Assembly (NCBI GenBank): GCA_963796455.1 | Contig: CAWCLO010000005.1 | Location: 32,001 to 96,000, forward strand | Origin: Candidatus Sulfomarinibacteraceae bacterium | Lineage (GTDB): Bacteria; Acidobacteriota; Thermoanaerobaculia; Thermoanaerobaculales; Sulfomarinibacteraceae | Length of the DNA stretch: 64,000 bases | Direction: 5' to 3' | Shown here: positions 18,850 through 28,988 of the stretch, one piece after another | How the letters are laid out: each line of letters opens with the position of its first letter | Position numbering within the stretch: position 1 is the first letter of the stretch | The notes under the pieces: generated by a model | What the model was told of the DNA's origin: nothing | Database searches by the model: none | Seen by the model: the letters and a program-made list of their open reading frames with translations, nothing else | Translations under genes and position numbers: made by a program

Positions 18850-20310
18850 TCAACCGGCGTCGATCTCCGGCAGCTTGTTCATCCCGGCTTCGCGAGCCGC
18901 GGCCGACATCACGTCGAGCAGGTCTCCCCTGACATCGTCACCGAGACGGCTCGGGGTGAAGTCGGCGATCAAACGGTCGACTTCAGATGCGACCCGTTGA
19001 TCAAAATCCGGTGAGCCTTCCTCCAACCAGCGCGCCCGGCTGGTCCGGTCGATGGTGGGGCCGGGGAAGGAGATCTCCTGCCGCAGGTGGCGCCGGGTGT
19101 GGTCGGCGATCAGTAGATGTTTTTCGGCCAACAGTTCTTCGAAGAGTGGTCGCGAGGGGAAGTCTTCCCGCGGCTCGATGCCGGCTCCCAGACGACGGGT
19201 CATGCCACAGATCTCGTTGTCCAACACCAGCTTTTCGAGACTCTGGCAACTCTCGAAGTCGAGCATGCCGGGACCGGAGACGTTGTCGATGCCGCTGAGT
19301 ACCGCCATCACCGCTCCCATGGAGGTCTCGAGACCTGCCTGGGCGTCGAGGGCCTTGGAATCCGAAAGCGCGATATAGCCCTGGGTCGGAAGCTCGAGGT
19401 GGCGTCCGATTTCGGCCGCGGCGCAGGTCAGCATGGTGGTTTCCATGGCACCCATGGGAGTGGTCTCATAGCGAAGGTCGAAAATCGCCGGTGAACCACC
19501 AAAAAGGATCGGTGTGCCGGGTTGAACAAGCTGGGAGATGACGATGCCGGAAAGAACCTCGGCGGTGTGTTGCACCAGCGTTCCAACGAGGGTGACCGGC
19601 GCCATGAAACCGGTCAGCGGCACTGGGATGATTTCAACCGGAATTCGGAGTCTGGCGCAGTCCATCAGATTGACCGAACCCTCCTGCGTCCAACGCAGGG
19701 GCGAGGTCGGGCAACAGGTCAAGATCGCGAGGGGACGGTCGGCAAGCTTTTGTTGGGAAGCGCGAACGGCCAGCAGCAGATCCCTGATAACGGAAAAGCC
19801 CTCTTCGGTGAAGGCCCCGGTAACGACCGGCTTTTCGCAGTGGAGCAGATTGAGGTAGAGACGATAGCTGTCGGAGATTGCCTCCGGGACATCCGAGGAC
19901 ACGAGCGCGGTGCTCTGCGCGTTCATGTTTTCCAGACCACTGACGACCTTTGCGAGACGGACCAGATCATCGGTCACGGCAGATCGGATTTCGCCGCTTG
20001 TGCGGTCGAGGATATTGATCGCCGCCGAACCCGGTGTGAAGTGGGTCGTGGTGCCGTCAAAGCGGTGGGTCTCGTTGTCGAAGACGTCATAGAGAGAGAA
20101 TGAACGGGGAGTGCTTGCCAGGGCCGATTCAACCATATCGGCCGGGATCAAGACCCGGCCGTCGTCCCGGACCGCGGCCCCGGAATCGGTCAGCAGCTCT
20201 TGGGTCCCGGGGTCTCCGATATCGATGCCGACCTCATCGAGGATCGTCTTCGCCTCTTGCACGATGCGTACCCGGAGGTCGTCTTCAAGCATCCGAAAAG
20301 TAGGTTTCAC
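18850..20310 (-). CDS. Trimethylamine methyltransferase (MttB) superfamily protein, no pyrrolysine
   Basis: SPLRW, APVTLVGTLVQHTAEVLSG, DSKALDAQAGLE and SLEKLVLDNEI motifs; GTG start after GAGGAGG; no in-frame TAG. Confidence 0.9.
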   Translation of the reverse strand: MKPTFRMLEDDLRVRIVQEAKTILDEVGIDIGDPGTQELLTDSGAAVRDDGRVLIPADMVESALASTPRSFSLYDVFDNETHRFDGTTTHFTPGSAAINILDRTSGEIRSAVTDDLVRLAKVVSGLENMNAQSTALVSSDVPEAISDSYRLYLNLLHCEKPVVTGAFTEEGFSVIRDLLLAVRASQQKLADRPLAILTCCPTSPLRWTQEGSVNLMDCARLRIPVEIIPVPLTGFMAPVTLVGTLVQHTAEVLSGIVISQLVQPGTPILFGGSPAIFDLRYETTPMGAMETTMLTCAAAEIGRHLELPTQGYIALSDSKALDAQAGLETSMGAVMAVLSGIDNVSGPGMLDFESCQSLEKLVLDNEICGMTRRLGAGIEPREDFPSRPLFEELLAEKHLLIADHTRRHLRQEISFPGPTIDRTSRARWLEEGSPDFDQRVASEVDRLIADFTPSRLGDDVRGDLLDVMSAAAREAGMNKLPEIDAG

Positions 20311-20342
20311 CGGAACCTCCTCATTTCTCGACGGAGTCGATT

Positions 20343-21275
20343 TCAACGAGCTTCGACGCACTCTCGTACGGTGACCGCTGCGGCAAGGGCGGCCGCACCT
20401 GTTCGGCCGTCGACATAGGCGGTTTTCTCGCCGCGGCAGGCGCCGATAAAGGCTTCGAGCTCGGCTTTGAGAGGCTCGTCCTTTTCGACTTCCACCACCC
20501 TTGGTGCGATGGTCGCGCCTTCGGATCCCTTGATGAGCTGAACCGAGGCAACACTTTGCTCCGCATAGTCGATGGAGAAATACGAGTCCTGGGCGAAGAG
20601 ACGAAGCTTTCGGATCCGTTCTGCAGAGACCCGGCTCGCGGTGAGGTTGGCCACCAGACCGCTTGGAAACTCAACCCAGGCGTGGCAGAGATCGACCTTG
20701 TCCGTGAGTACCGGCACACCCACCGCGCGAATCTCGGAGGGTTCCTCTCCAGCCACCGCGAGGGTGATCTGTAGATCGTGGATCATGAGATCGAGAATGA
20801 CGTCGACATCGATCGAGCGTGCGGTAAAGGGCGACAAACGCTGGCTCTCGAGATAACGCACGTCCTCTGCCAGACCGAGAGCCGCCTGAACCGCGGGGTT
20901 GTGGTATTCCACATGCCCGACGGCCAGGATCCGATCCGCCTCATCGGCCAGCGTGATCAACTCTGTGGCTTGCTCGACAGTTGTCGTGATCGGTTTTTCC
21001 ACCATGACGTTGCAACCCGCCTGCAGCATCTGAACCGCAACGTCGCGGTGTGCCACCGTCGGGGTGGCGATCACCACGGCATCAGCGGCTGATGCGGCTT
21101 CCATCGACGAGAGGGCCGGCACCTTATGTTCGCCGGTGATTTCGGCGAGACGCGCTGGATCGGTGTCGTAGGCGCCGAGAAAATCGACTCCCTCCATGGC
21201 GGCGAGAATTCGAACATGGTGGCGGCCGAGGTGCCCGCATCCGACGACAGCAGCGGAGATATTCGTGTTTGTCAT
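20343..21275 (-). CDS. Gfo/Idh/MocA family oxidoreductase
   Basis: VVGCGHLG, VEKP and DLMIHDL motifs. Confidence 0.92.
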   Translation of the reverse strand: MTNTNISAAVVGCGHLGRHHVRILAAMEGVDFLGAYDTDPARLAEITGEHKVPALSSMEAASAADAVVIATPTVAHRDVAVQMLQAGCNVMVEKPITTTVEQATELITLADEADRILAVGHVEYHNPAVQAALGLAEDVRYLESQRLSPFTARSIDVDVILDLMIHDLQITLAVAGEEPSEIRAVGVPVLTDKVDLCHAWVEFPSGLVANLTASRVSAERIRKLRLFAQDSYFSIDYAEQSVASVQLIKGSEGATIAPRVVEVEKDEPLKAELEAFIGACRGEKTAYVDGRTGAAALAAAVTVRECVEAR

Positions 21276-21358
21276 GAAGCGCAGGATAATACCGCGGCGT
21301 CGGGAGTACAATTCTCGCACGGTCCGGAATCAGGGAAACCGTGGAAAGGCAGCGCCAA

Positions 21359-22438
21359 ATGTTCGATGTGAAAAAACTTCTGATCGATGTCTTCGACCCG
21401 CAACCGGGTGAAGTTGTGACCTTTGCAGTCGACCTTCCGCACGGCGAAATTTCCGATCATGAAAGTTGGTCGGCTCGAAGGGCAATGGCCGAACGATGGC
21501 GTGCGGCGATGGCCGAAATCGGTGCCGAAAGAGAATTCAGCGTGCAGCCGATGCTTTCCTTTGAAGCCACCGGCGGCAACAACGCAGATCTTCCATCGAG
21601 GGCCCGCCGTGACGGCGAAGAGATCGATCTTCTCGAGGCACTCGAAGCATCGACGCTGGTGGTGGCGATGACCCAGTTTTCAGCCACGGCGCCGCTTGCC
21701 AATCTGGCTGAAGAAAACGATGATTTCCGTGCCGCGTCGATGCCGGGTGTCGAGGAGCGCATGGAGGGCACCGCGCTCGCTGCTGATTACTCGGTGGTGG
21801 CGGCCCACTGCAAGGCGATCTTCGACGCGATGCAGGGCGCGGAATTGTGCGACGTTCGTTTCTCGACCGGACACCGCTGCTTCTTCGATCTCCGCCACCG
21901 CACGCCGGAGATGGATGACGGGTTTCTGCCGCGCGGCAAGGACGGCGACCGCATCATCAACCTGCCCTCGGGAGAGACCTTCATCGTGCCCTATGAGGGT
22001 GAGTTCGAGGCGGTTCCGTCGTGGACCGCGGGCACCATCCCGGTGATGGAGGAGTCGGAGCTCGTGCTCTTTCACGTGGTTGCAAACTCGGTGGTGGTGA
22101 TTGAAGGTGAAGGCCCGGTGGCGGACAGATATGCTGCCCTTTTCGACGCCGATCCGGCGCGGGCCAACATCGCCGAGGTCGCATTCGGGGTCAACGACCA
22201 CGCCGAAGTCACGGGAATCGTCCTCGAGGACGAGAAGGCGGGATTCCATTGGGCCTTCGGACGTTCCGACCATCTCGGCGGCGTGGTGGGTGTGGAGGAC
22301 TTCGACGAGCCTGAGAACGTGATCCACCAGGACATCGTCTATGCGAAGGGCAACCCGATCCAGGCGGAACGCGTCGTGCTCATCCACCCGGACGGCCGGC
22401 AGGTGGTTGTCATCGACGAGGCGGAATATAAAATCTAG
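21359..22438 (+). CDS. M29 aminopeptidase-like hypothetical protein
   Basis: NLPSGE, IAEVAFGVN, LEDEK, HWAFG and IHQD motifs resemble thermophilic metalloprotease M29. Confidence 0.65.
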   Translation: MFDVKKLLIDVFDPQPGEVVTFAVDLPHGEISDHESWSARRAMAERWRAAMAEIGAEREFSVQPMLSFEATGGNNADLPSRARRDGEEIDLLEALEASTLVVAMTQFSATAPLANLAEENDDFRAASMPGVEERMEGTALAADYSVVAAHCKAIFDAMQGAELCDVRFSTGHRCFFDLRHRTPEMDDGFLPRGKDGDRIINLPSGETFIVPYEGEFEAVPSWTAGTIPVMEESELVLFHVVANSVVVIEGEGPVADRYAALFDADPARANIAEVAFGVNDHAEVTGIVLEDEKAGFHWAFGRSDHLGGVVGVEDFDEPENVIHQDIVYAKGNPIQAERVVLIHPDGRQVVVIDEAEYKI

Positions 22439-22493
22439 AGTTCGGAGTTCGGAGTTCGGAGTTCGGAGTTCGGAGTTCGGATTTTGGATTTTG
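22438..22493. repeat. Heptamer tandem repeat (GAGTTCG)6(GATTTTG)2
   Basis: Read directly; starts at the stop codon of the upstream gene. Confidence 0.95.
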
Positions 22494-22551
22494 GGGGCGA
22501 CTGTGTCGGGCAGTGAGCGGTTGCGGTATTCTGTGCGTTCGGTGAGGAGGA

Positions 22552-23097
22552 ATGATGACTGAAGAAATCACCCTGAGTGAAGCGATTGATCAGCGTGGGC
22601 CATATGCGGTCTGGGAACTGATGAGTGACGAAGACAAAAAGACCGCGGCGATCGCCTTCTGGCAGGGGGCGGATCGTGAGAGTCGAGCCGCGCTCGAGAT
22701 GGCGCTCGCCCAGGATCTCAAGTTTCGCCCGCAGTCGGTGCGCCAGCTGTCGGCCGAGAGGGTTTCCGGGCGTCTGGTCAGGATGGCCGACACGCTGCCC
22801 GATACCGTTCTGTTTCAGTACCTCTTCCATCTCCACATGGATGAACGGCGGCCGCTGATGGTCGAGTTCCTCGATGCAGTGGGTCTGCCGCACGACGACG
22901 GCGCCCTCGATCTGCCGGACGATTTTGATGGGCCCGATGCCGACAAGGTAACAGCATCCGCCCGCGATCTGGCTGCGTCCAAGGGAACCGAAGCGCTGGT
23001 CTATCTCGGGACGCTCTTGGTCGCCGACGGAGAGTTCTGGGAAGGCCTGGAGCCGGTGTTGGCTGAGTATGGGAGCGACGGCAAAGCGATCGCATAG
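22552..23097 (+). CDS. Hypothetical protein
   Basis: 181-aa ORF with strong SD GAGGAGG; no recognised family. Confidence 0.75.
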   Translation: MMTEEITLSEAIDQRGPYAVWELMSDEDKKTAAIAFWQGADRESRAALEMALAQDLKFRPQSVRQLSAERVSGRLVRMADTLPDTVLFQYLFHLHMDERRPLMVEFLDAVGLPHDDGALDLPDDFDGPDADKVTASARDLAASKGTEALVYLGTLLVADGEFWEGLEPVLAEYGSDGKAIA

Positions 23098-23099
23098 TG

Positions 23100-23200
23100 T
23101 TGAGTTTTAAGTTTTAAGTTTTGAGTTTCCGCCCAATATCCCGGAAAACTCGAGCGGACGAGAAAAGGCGCCAACTCAAAACTCATAATTCAAAACTCAA
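23100..23200. repeat. AT-rich heptamer inverted repeat between convergent genes (possible bidirectional terminator)
   Basis: TTGAGTTTTAAGTTTTAAGTTTTGAGTT (23100-23127) pairs with 23173-23200 (24/28). Confidence 0.85.
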
Positions 23201-23203
23201 ACC

Positions 23204-23614
23204 TCATTCGCGGTAGGTCGCCGAGTTTCTTTCGGTCTCGTGGACGGTGATCGACTTCAGTTCGACGCCATCCGGGAGTTCGGGTGCAACTCGCTTGAAG
23301 AAAACACGGGCGAGGTTCTCTGCCGATGGGATGACGTTTGCGAGCCACTCCACTTCGATGTTCAGGTGGCGGTGGTCGACATGATCGAGGACTGTGCGAT
23401 CGATGACCTTTTTGAGGTCTTTCATGTCGATGAGATAACCGGAATCCGGGTCGACCTCGCCGCTGACTGTAGCTTCGATCACATAGTTATGGCCGTGACC
23501 GTGGGGGTTGTTGCATTTGCCGAAGACGCGGCGGTTCCACTCATCCGATTGGTCGGGGTTGTGGAGACGATGCGCCGCCTCGAAATAGACTTTGACCGTG
23601 ACTGAAATTGCCAT
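23204..23614 (-). CDS. queD: 6-carboxytetrahydropterin / 6-pyruvoyl-tetrahydropterin synthase
   Basis: FEAAHRL, GKCNNPHGHGHNY, DHRHLN, PSAENLA and ET motifs. Confidence 0.9.
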   Translation of the reverse strand: MAISVTVKVYFEAAHRLHNPDQSDEWNRRVFGKCNNPHGHGHNYVIEATVSGEVDPDSGYLIDMKDLKKVIDRTVLDHVDHRHLNIEVEWLANVIPSAENLARVFFKRVAPELPDGVELKSITVHETERNSATYRE

Positions 23615-23682
23615 TGTTCTCCCTTCAGCTTAGCGCATGAAGGCGCCGGGATATTCCGACTTGACCCGTCGCCGACACGATT

Positions 23683-24700
23683 GCCCACAGATTACCCAGA
23701 TAACCCAGATAGCCGACGTCGCAACCACCAAGACACCAAGACACGAAGGTGCCACACCAAGAAAACCAGGGAGGCACGGAGACACAGGGAGAGAGAATGC
23801 CCGCAGATCACGCAGATAGACGCAGATCCATCGCGCTCGCTTTCGTCGCAAACACGAAGACACAAAGACACGAAGGCGTCACACCAAGAAAACCACGGAG
23901 GCACGGAGACACAGAGAGAGAACGCCCACAGATCACGCAGATGGAAGCAGATCCATCGCAAACGGTCTCGTTGCAACCACGATGGCCCACAGAACACACA
24001 GAAAAGCACAGAAGCCATCGCAAAGGCACGACCGGAGTGCAGCCGGGACGGCTGCACCACCATGGTGGTGCACGCGTCTCGCGTGCACATGGTTGAACCG
24101 CGAAGAACGCAAAGAACGCAAAGTACGCAAAGACCTGAATGGCGAGCTTGTGCGGTGTTGCCATCAGTGTCGGCAGATCGACAGACGATCTCCGATCGCC
24201 CGTCGCCGGTGAGAAGCGGGGCGCCTCCGATCGCCAGCGCTCGGAGTCACCCCGCTTCCCACCGTCCGGCACGCCTCCGGCATGCCGGATCTGCCTTGCA
24301 TCGAAGACCCCCATTCTTGATTGAAGGAAAGGGGAGGGGATAGGCGAGACCTGCGCGGTCGCGCAGGCCGCTGGGTCAGGAAATCGAGACGAAAGCTGGT
24401 TTTTGGAGCGGTTTCCTGACCCAGCGGTACCTGGCCGCCCTTGGCGGCCAGGATCTCGCCGGTACTGGGGATGTTGCCGGGAAGTCCTCTGCGTCTTTTT
24501 TTTTCCGCGACTCTGCGTCTCTGCGTTCAATACACTTTTGGAAATATGGATCCAGCAGTTCGGTGGCCTTTGCGTTGATGAACCCGGACGCTGAAGCCGT
24601 TCGACTGCTGAGATGGCAGATGCGTTCGCAAGCAGGCTGTCATCTGCGTCCATCTGCGTGATCTGCGGGCATATTGCGCGGCTTCGCGATGTATTCGAAT
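23683..24700. repeat. Composite palindromic repeat, family R copy 3
   Basis: Same 9-mer arms and hairpin core (~24037-24495); right terminal repeat decayed. Confidence 0.9.
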
Positions 24701-24711
24701 TTGCGCGCTGT

Positions 24712-25497
24712 TCAGCCCTCGTCCTCGAGCCGCCGGTAGAGTCCGGGTCGGCGGTCGTTCAGAAAGGTGAATCGTTCGCGGGCAGAGCGCACCACCTCGG
24801 GGTCGACTTCGCCGAGGACGACACCGGCTTCGTCGGCCATGGTTTCAACGACGGCCCCCCACGGGTCGAGCAGGGTCGTGTCACCGCGGTGGGGATGACC
24901 CTGGGCCTCGCCGACCCGGTTCACGCCGAGCACCCATGCCTGGTCGTCGATGGCGCGCGCCGCGAGGAGTGTTCGCCAGGCGTGGGCCCGGCGCTCGGGC
25001 CAGTTGGCAACCACCACGAAGAGATCCGTCGACTCCGCAGTGACACGGAAGAGTTCGGGGAATCTGAGGTCGTAGCAGATGAGCGGCGTGATCCGCACCC
25101 CCTCCACCTCGATGGTCGCCATCCGCTCTCCGGCCTCGAAATGTTCGGGTTCCCCGGCCAGGGTGAATGGGTGGATCTTGCGGTAGTGAAGGAGTTCATC
25201 TCCCTTTGGGGACAAGACCACGCAGGCATTGGCCGGCCGTTCTTCTCCCGGTTCTGCGAGACCGGCAACGACCCATACGGAATGCCGGGCGGCAAGATCG
25301 CGGAGGAAGGCGCGGATCACCGGCGAGTGGGCCGCCATCGCCTGCGAACGCATCGAAAAACCGGTGGCGAACATCTCCGGCAGCGCCAGCAGGCGAGCCC
25401 CCCCTGCGGCGGCTTCTGCGGCCAGCGGCTCGACGCGGCGGAAGTTTTCTGCCGGGTCCTCCCACGCGATGTCGAACTGGAGGCCGGCGACGATCAT
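24712..25497 (-). CDS. Carbon-nitrogen hydrolase (nitrilase superfamily, omega-amidase-like)
   Basis: Glu-Lys-Cys triad LPEMF, YRKIH, ICYDLRFPE; ATGA overlap with the upstream gene. Confidence 0.92.
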   Translation of the reverse strand: MIVAGLQFDIAWEDPAENFRRVEPLAAEAAAGGARLLALPEMFATGFSMRSQAMAAHSPVIRAFLRDLAARHSVWVVAGLAEPGEERPANACVVLSPKGDELLHYRKIHPFTLAGEPEHFEAGERMATIEVEGVRITPLICYDLRFPELFRVTAESTDLFVVVANWPERRAHAWRTLLAARAIDDQAWVLGVNRVGEAQGHPHRGDTTLLDPWGAVVETMADEAGVVLGEVDPEVVRSARERFTFLNDRRPGLYRRLEDEG

Positions 25498-26363
25498 GGG
25501 CCGGTGACGATGGGTACCGGGACCCGACACTCATCGAGGCGGCCGGCGAGGAGGATGTTGAATATCAACTCCTGTCCGTCATCCCATCCATCCCTCCACG
25601 ATCTCGATTCGTCCTTGGGCGCATTGTGATCGTAGCCCGAGAAGGAGGCCGTCAACAGGGACGAACAATCGGTGGGATAAAAGGAACTCATTTTCTCAGC
25701 GCCCGCCGCAAACCCGGCCAGGTAGTCGGCGTCGTCATCCAGGTCCTCGGCGATGTCGGTAGCCTTGGCGAGAGCCTTTGAGATGCCCGCCTGGACGGAG
25801 GCGTTGGTCTGCTCGGCCTTCCAGGCGGCGTAGAGTTCGAGCGTATGTTCGTAGTCGTCGGGCAGCTCCTCGAGCTCGCGTCCGTTCCAGTCATCTGATT
25901 CCCAGGCTGCTTCGAGGGAAGAAAAGAGCGTGATCCGCTGCTTGATCTGGGCCAGGATCGCCTCCATATCGCCGCTCTTCACCTGGTCCCTGGGGACGGG
26001 GAAGATCATCTGCACCTTGCAGACCCGGTCGTCGTAGAGTTCGAATGGGCCGTCCGTCCGTCTGGTCCGGATCCCGGTATTCAGGGTCAGCAACAGATCG
26101 ACCCGCTGCCGTTTGACCTTGACGTTGTCGATCTTGACGATTTCACCGGCATTGAATCGATTCGGGGCCTTGCTGGCAACCCCTCCGGCAGAGACCGTGT
26201 TGTCGTTGTAGGACCCGCTGCAACTCGAATAAAGCTCCGTCTCGACGACGCCCCAGGCTCCCTTGAGTTCGCGGTTGAGGCGGTCACCGAGTTCGGATGC
26301 GACGAGCGTCGATGAGAGCGTGAGAGTGAAAAGGCTCAAAAACAACAGCTGGCGAGCGTGCAT
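25494..26363 (-). CDS. Exported hypothetical protein
   Basis: Signal peptide; SD GGAGG; four Cys. Confidence 0.7.
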   Translation of the reverse strand: MHARQLLFLSLFTLTLSSTLVASELGDRLNRELKGAWGVVETELYSSCSGSYNDNTVSAGGVASKAPNRFNAGEIVKIDNVKVKRQRVDLLLTLNTGIRTRRTDGPFELYDDRVCKVQMIFPVPRDQVKSGDMEAILAQIKQRITLFSSLEAAWESDDWNGRELEELPDDYEHTLELYAAWKAEQTNASVQAGISKALAKATDIAEDLDDDADYLAGFAAGAEKMSSFYPTDCSSLLTASFSGYDHNAPKDESRSWRDGWDDGQELIFNILLAGRLDECRVPVPIVTGP

Positions 26364-26434
26364 ATCGGACCTCCGCTGGTTTCATCGAGGCTACCACGCA
26401 CCCCGATCGGGTTCTGCCATAATGCTGGCGTCTC

Positions 26435-27289
26435 ATGAATGGTGAAGAACCTCAAACCAACGATTGGGCGGCTCAACCTTCTCAGCCCCGACGCCGGCGG
26501 CCGCGGGCGCCGGCGGTGAAGGTCATCATCGGTTTGAACATCGCGGTCTTTCTCGCGTGGCAGGCGGCCGTATTGTCGCCGGCCCTCGAGTTGTTCATGT
26601 TCGAAAACTTCCTGGTCAGCAGCACCCACCTTGCCCACGGTCACGTGTGGACGCTCGTGACCGCCGCCTTTTCCCACAACGAAATCTGGCATCTCGCGAT
26701 CAACATGTTTGTTTTATGGAGTTTCGGGGTTGTGTTGGAACATCTGTGGGGGACCCGAACCTTCGTCACTTTCTATCTCACCGCGGCGGTGGTGGCGTCG
26801 CTCTGCCACTGCGCCGTCTCTTCGTTCTTGATGGGCAGCCCCGACATACCGGCCCTCGGTGCATCGGGTGCGGTCAGTGGCTTGTTGCTTGCCTATGCGT
26901 TTCATTTTCCCCGCTCCAAGATCCTCCTCTTCGGCATCGTGCCGGTGCCGGCGCTGGTCGGTGTTCTCGGTTTTGTCGGCATCGATCTGTGGGGGCTCTT
27001 CGCACAGACCCGCGGGGGTGGTTTGCCGATCGGTCATGGGGCGCATCTCGGAGGGGCTCTTGCAGGCGCGCTGATGTTTTTCTTCTATCTGCGCGAAAGA
27101 TATCGGATTCCAGCGCCCGCCCCGGCCACCACCGTGCGCGCCCTCGACCCTGATGAGGCACGCGAATTTGAACGGATTCGTTACAAGGTCGAGAGTCTGG
27201 GGCCGCAGTCATTGAACCCCAAGGAGCAGGCATTTCTCGATCAATTGCGGGCACGGGTGATGGGGGATCCCGGTCCTCCACAGGTGTGA
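26435..27289 (+). CDS. Rhomboid family intramembrane serine protease
   Basis: H...HLAINM, GASG and AHLGG motifs. Confidence 0.93.
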   Translation: MNGEEPQTNDWAAQPSQPRRRRPRAPAVKVIIGLNIAVFLAWQAAVLSPALELFMFENFLVSSTHLAHGHVWTLVTAAFSHNEIWHLAINMFVLWSFGVVLEHLWGTRTFVTFYLTAAVVASLCHCAVSSFLMGSPDIPALGASGAVSGLLLAYAFHFPRSKILLFGIVPVPALVGVLGFVGIDLWGLFAQTRGGGLPIGHGAHLGGALAGALMFFFYLRERYRIPAPAPATTVRALDPDEAREFERIRYKVESLGPQSLNPKEQAFLDQLRARVMGDPGPPQV

Positions 27290-27350
27290 GATTCCGGTTT
27301 GCTGAGTGATTGTCAGAATGGTTCATGTCGCGAGCTTCGGGAGGTATTGA

Positions 27351-28778
27351 ATGGGTGGTGACGCGCGAAAGATCCGTATGCAGACCTTCGAGTCCTTCAG
27401 CGAAGTCTTTGCCAGCGCCCCGATACGGCTGATGAGCCGCACGGTCAGCGCCATGCGCGCCCTCGGCTACGAAGACCTGGCGTCGGCCATCGGCGATCTC
27501 GATTGGCGGACGGTGCCCGAGGATGATCCCGAAGACCCGAACCTCCACCACGATTGGCAAAGCCTGCTCGATGCGGCCTTTGCACACGTGGACGGCTGGC
27601 TGCCCGAGCTGAGCCCACACCCGTATGGTTACAACCTGGACTCGATTGGTTTTCCGGCGGTCACCCGTGCGTGGAGCGGTCTCTGGTCGACACAACTCGG
27701 TATCGATTTCAAAAACGAAACCCATTCGCCGGCCGAGATCATCGTGTTTCACGGCGGCAACCAGGCCCTCCAGGCTTCGCTTCTGGCCGTGGCGGAGGCG
27801 CGCCGAAATCGGGTCTGCAATGCCAGTCCCTCAACCGTTCTTGTGCCGATCCCGACCTTCTCCTGCCCGATGGACCAGATGGCCTTGCAGGGGATGAACG
27901 TGGTGCTCCTCCCGCCCGGCCGGGCGGACATGGATCCAAGCCCCGAGGATCTCGATCAGGTGCCCGAGGACGTGGACATCGACGGCGTCTATCTCATGCC
28001 GATCAACAATCCCACCGGTCGGACCCTGCCGCCGGATCAGATGCGGGCCTTTGTCGATGCGGTGCTCGATCGCTGGCCGCACGCCGGTGTGATTCTCGAC
28101 TCGGTCTATGTGCGGCTCCATCCCCGCTATCGGGATCTTCTCTCCTGGTATGAGGAGGATCCCCGCTACGCGGATGCGGTGCTGTTCATCGATTCCCTGT
28201 CCAAGACCCACGGCGTCACGGGGCTTCGCGCCGGCGCCATCCTGACTCGCTCCGACAGACTCAGAAACGGCATTGTCCGCTACGCACAGAACATCATGGC
28301 CGGGCCGTCCAACGCGATGCAGGCGGTGATGATGTCCCTGTTGGCGCCATTCGCCCTCGGCGACGACGAAGTCGCCAGCCATCGCATCCAACTCAGCGTG
28401 AGGATCGGGAAACATCTGCAGCGCCGTCGCCGTTTGTTGACCGCTGCGGCCTTCGAACGATACGGCGAGCTCTTTGACGACGATCAACCCCTCCTTCCGG
28501 ATCCGAATGGCTTCGATTGGGAAGGCTCCATGTACGCCGATCCCCAGTTGTCGCCGCGCTGCCGCGAAATCGCCGCCGACAACGACATCTCGCCGACGGT
28601 CGCCTTCTATCTCGAGACCGGGATCGGTGGTGTGCCCCTTGACGGATTCTGCCGCAACCCGAATCTCGAACGGCACGGGTTGGTGGTGAATGCCGGCTCA
28701 GAGCGACTCGCGGCTTTTCAAAAGGAAGCCAGCAAGTATGTGCGGCTGTCCTTTGGGATGACCCCACCACCACGGTGA
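27351..28778 (+). CDS. PLP-dependent aminotransferase class I/II-like
   Basis: NNPTG, DSVY, SLSKTHG..GLRAG and VRLSF motifs. Confidence 0.85.
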   Translation: MGGDARKIRMQTFESFSEVFASAPIRLMSRTVSAMRALGYEDLASAIGDLDWRTVPEDDPEDPNLHHDWQSLLDAAFAHVDGWLPELSPHPYGYNLDSIGFPAVTRAWSGLWSTQLGIDFKNETHSPAEIIVFHGGNQALQASLLAVAEARRNRVCNASPSTVLVPIPTFSCPMDQMALQGMNVVLLPPGRADMDPSPEDLDQVPEDVDIDGVYLMPINNPTGRTLPPDQMRAFVDAVLDRWPHAGVILDSVYVRLHPRYRDLLSWYEEDPRYADAVLFIDSLSKTHGVTGLRAGAILTRSDRLRNGIVRYAQNIMAGPSNAMQAVMMSLLAPFALGDDEVASHRIQLSVRIGKHLQRRRRLLTAAAFERYGELFDDDQPLLPDPNGFDWEGSMYADPQLSPRCREIAADNDISPTVAFYLETGIGGVPLDGFCRNPNLERHGLVVNAGSERLAAFQKEASKYVRLSFGMTPPPR

Positions 28779-28988
28779 GTTTTCGGGCGATAGGCTATGG
28801 GCTTCAGGCTGTGGCATTTGAGGGGTGAATCGGTCGCGATCGATTGCGGTCGGGTGACTCCTTCAGGTTGGAGGTTGCGTTTCGTTCGAAATGGCCGTGA
28901 CGGACGAAATGCTTGCAGCCCACGCCAGGCCTTTTCGGGGACCGGCAGCAAGAGAACCCGTAGCCGAGCTTCCCTGAACCCCTGATCC

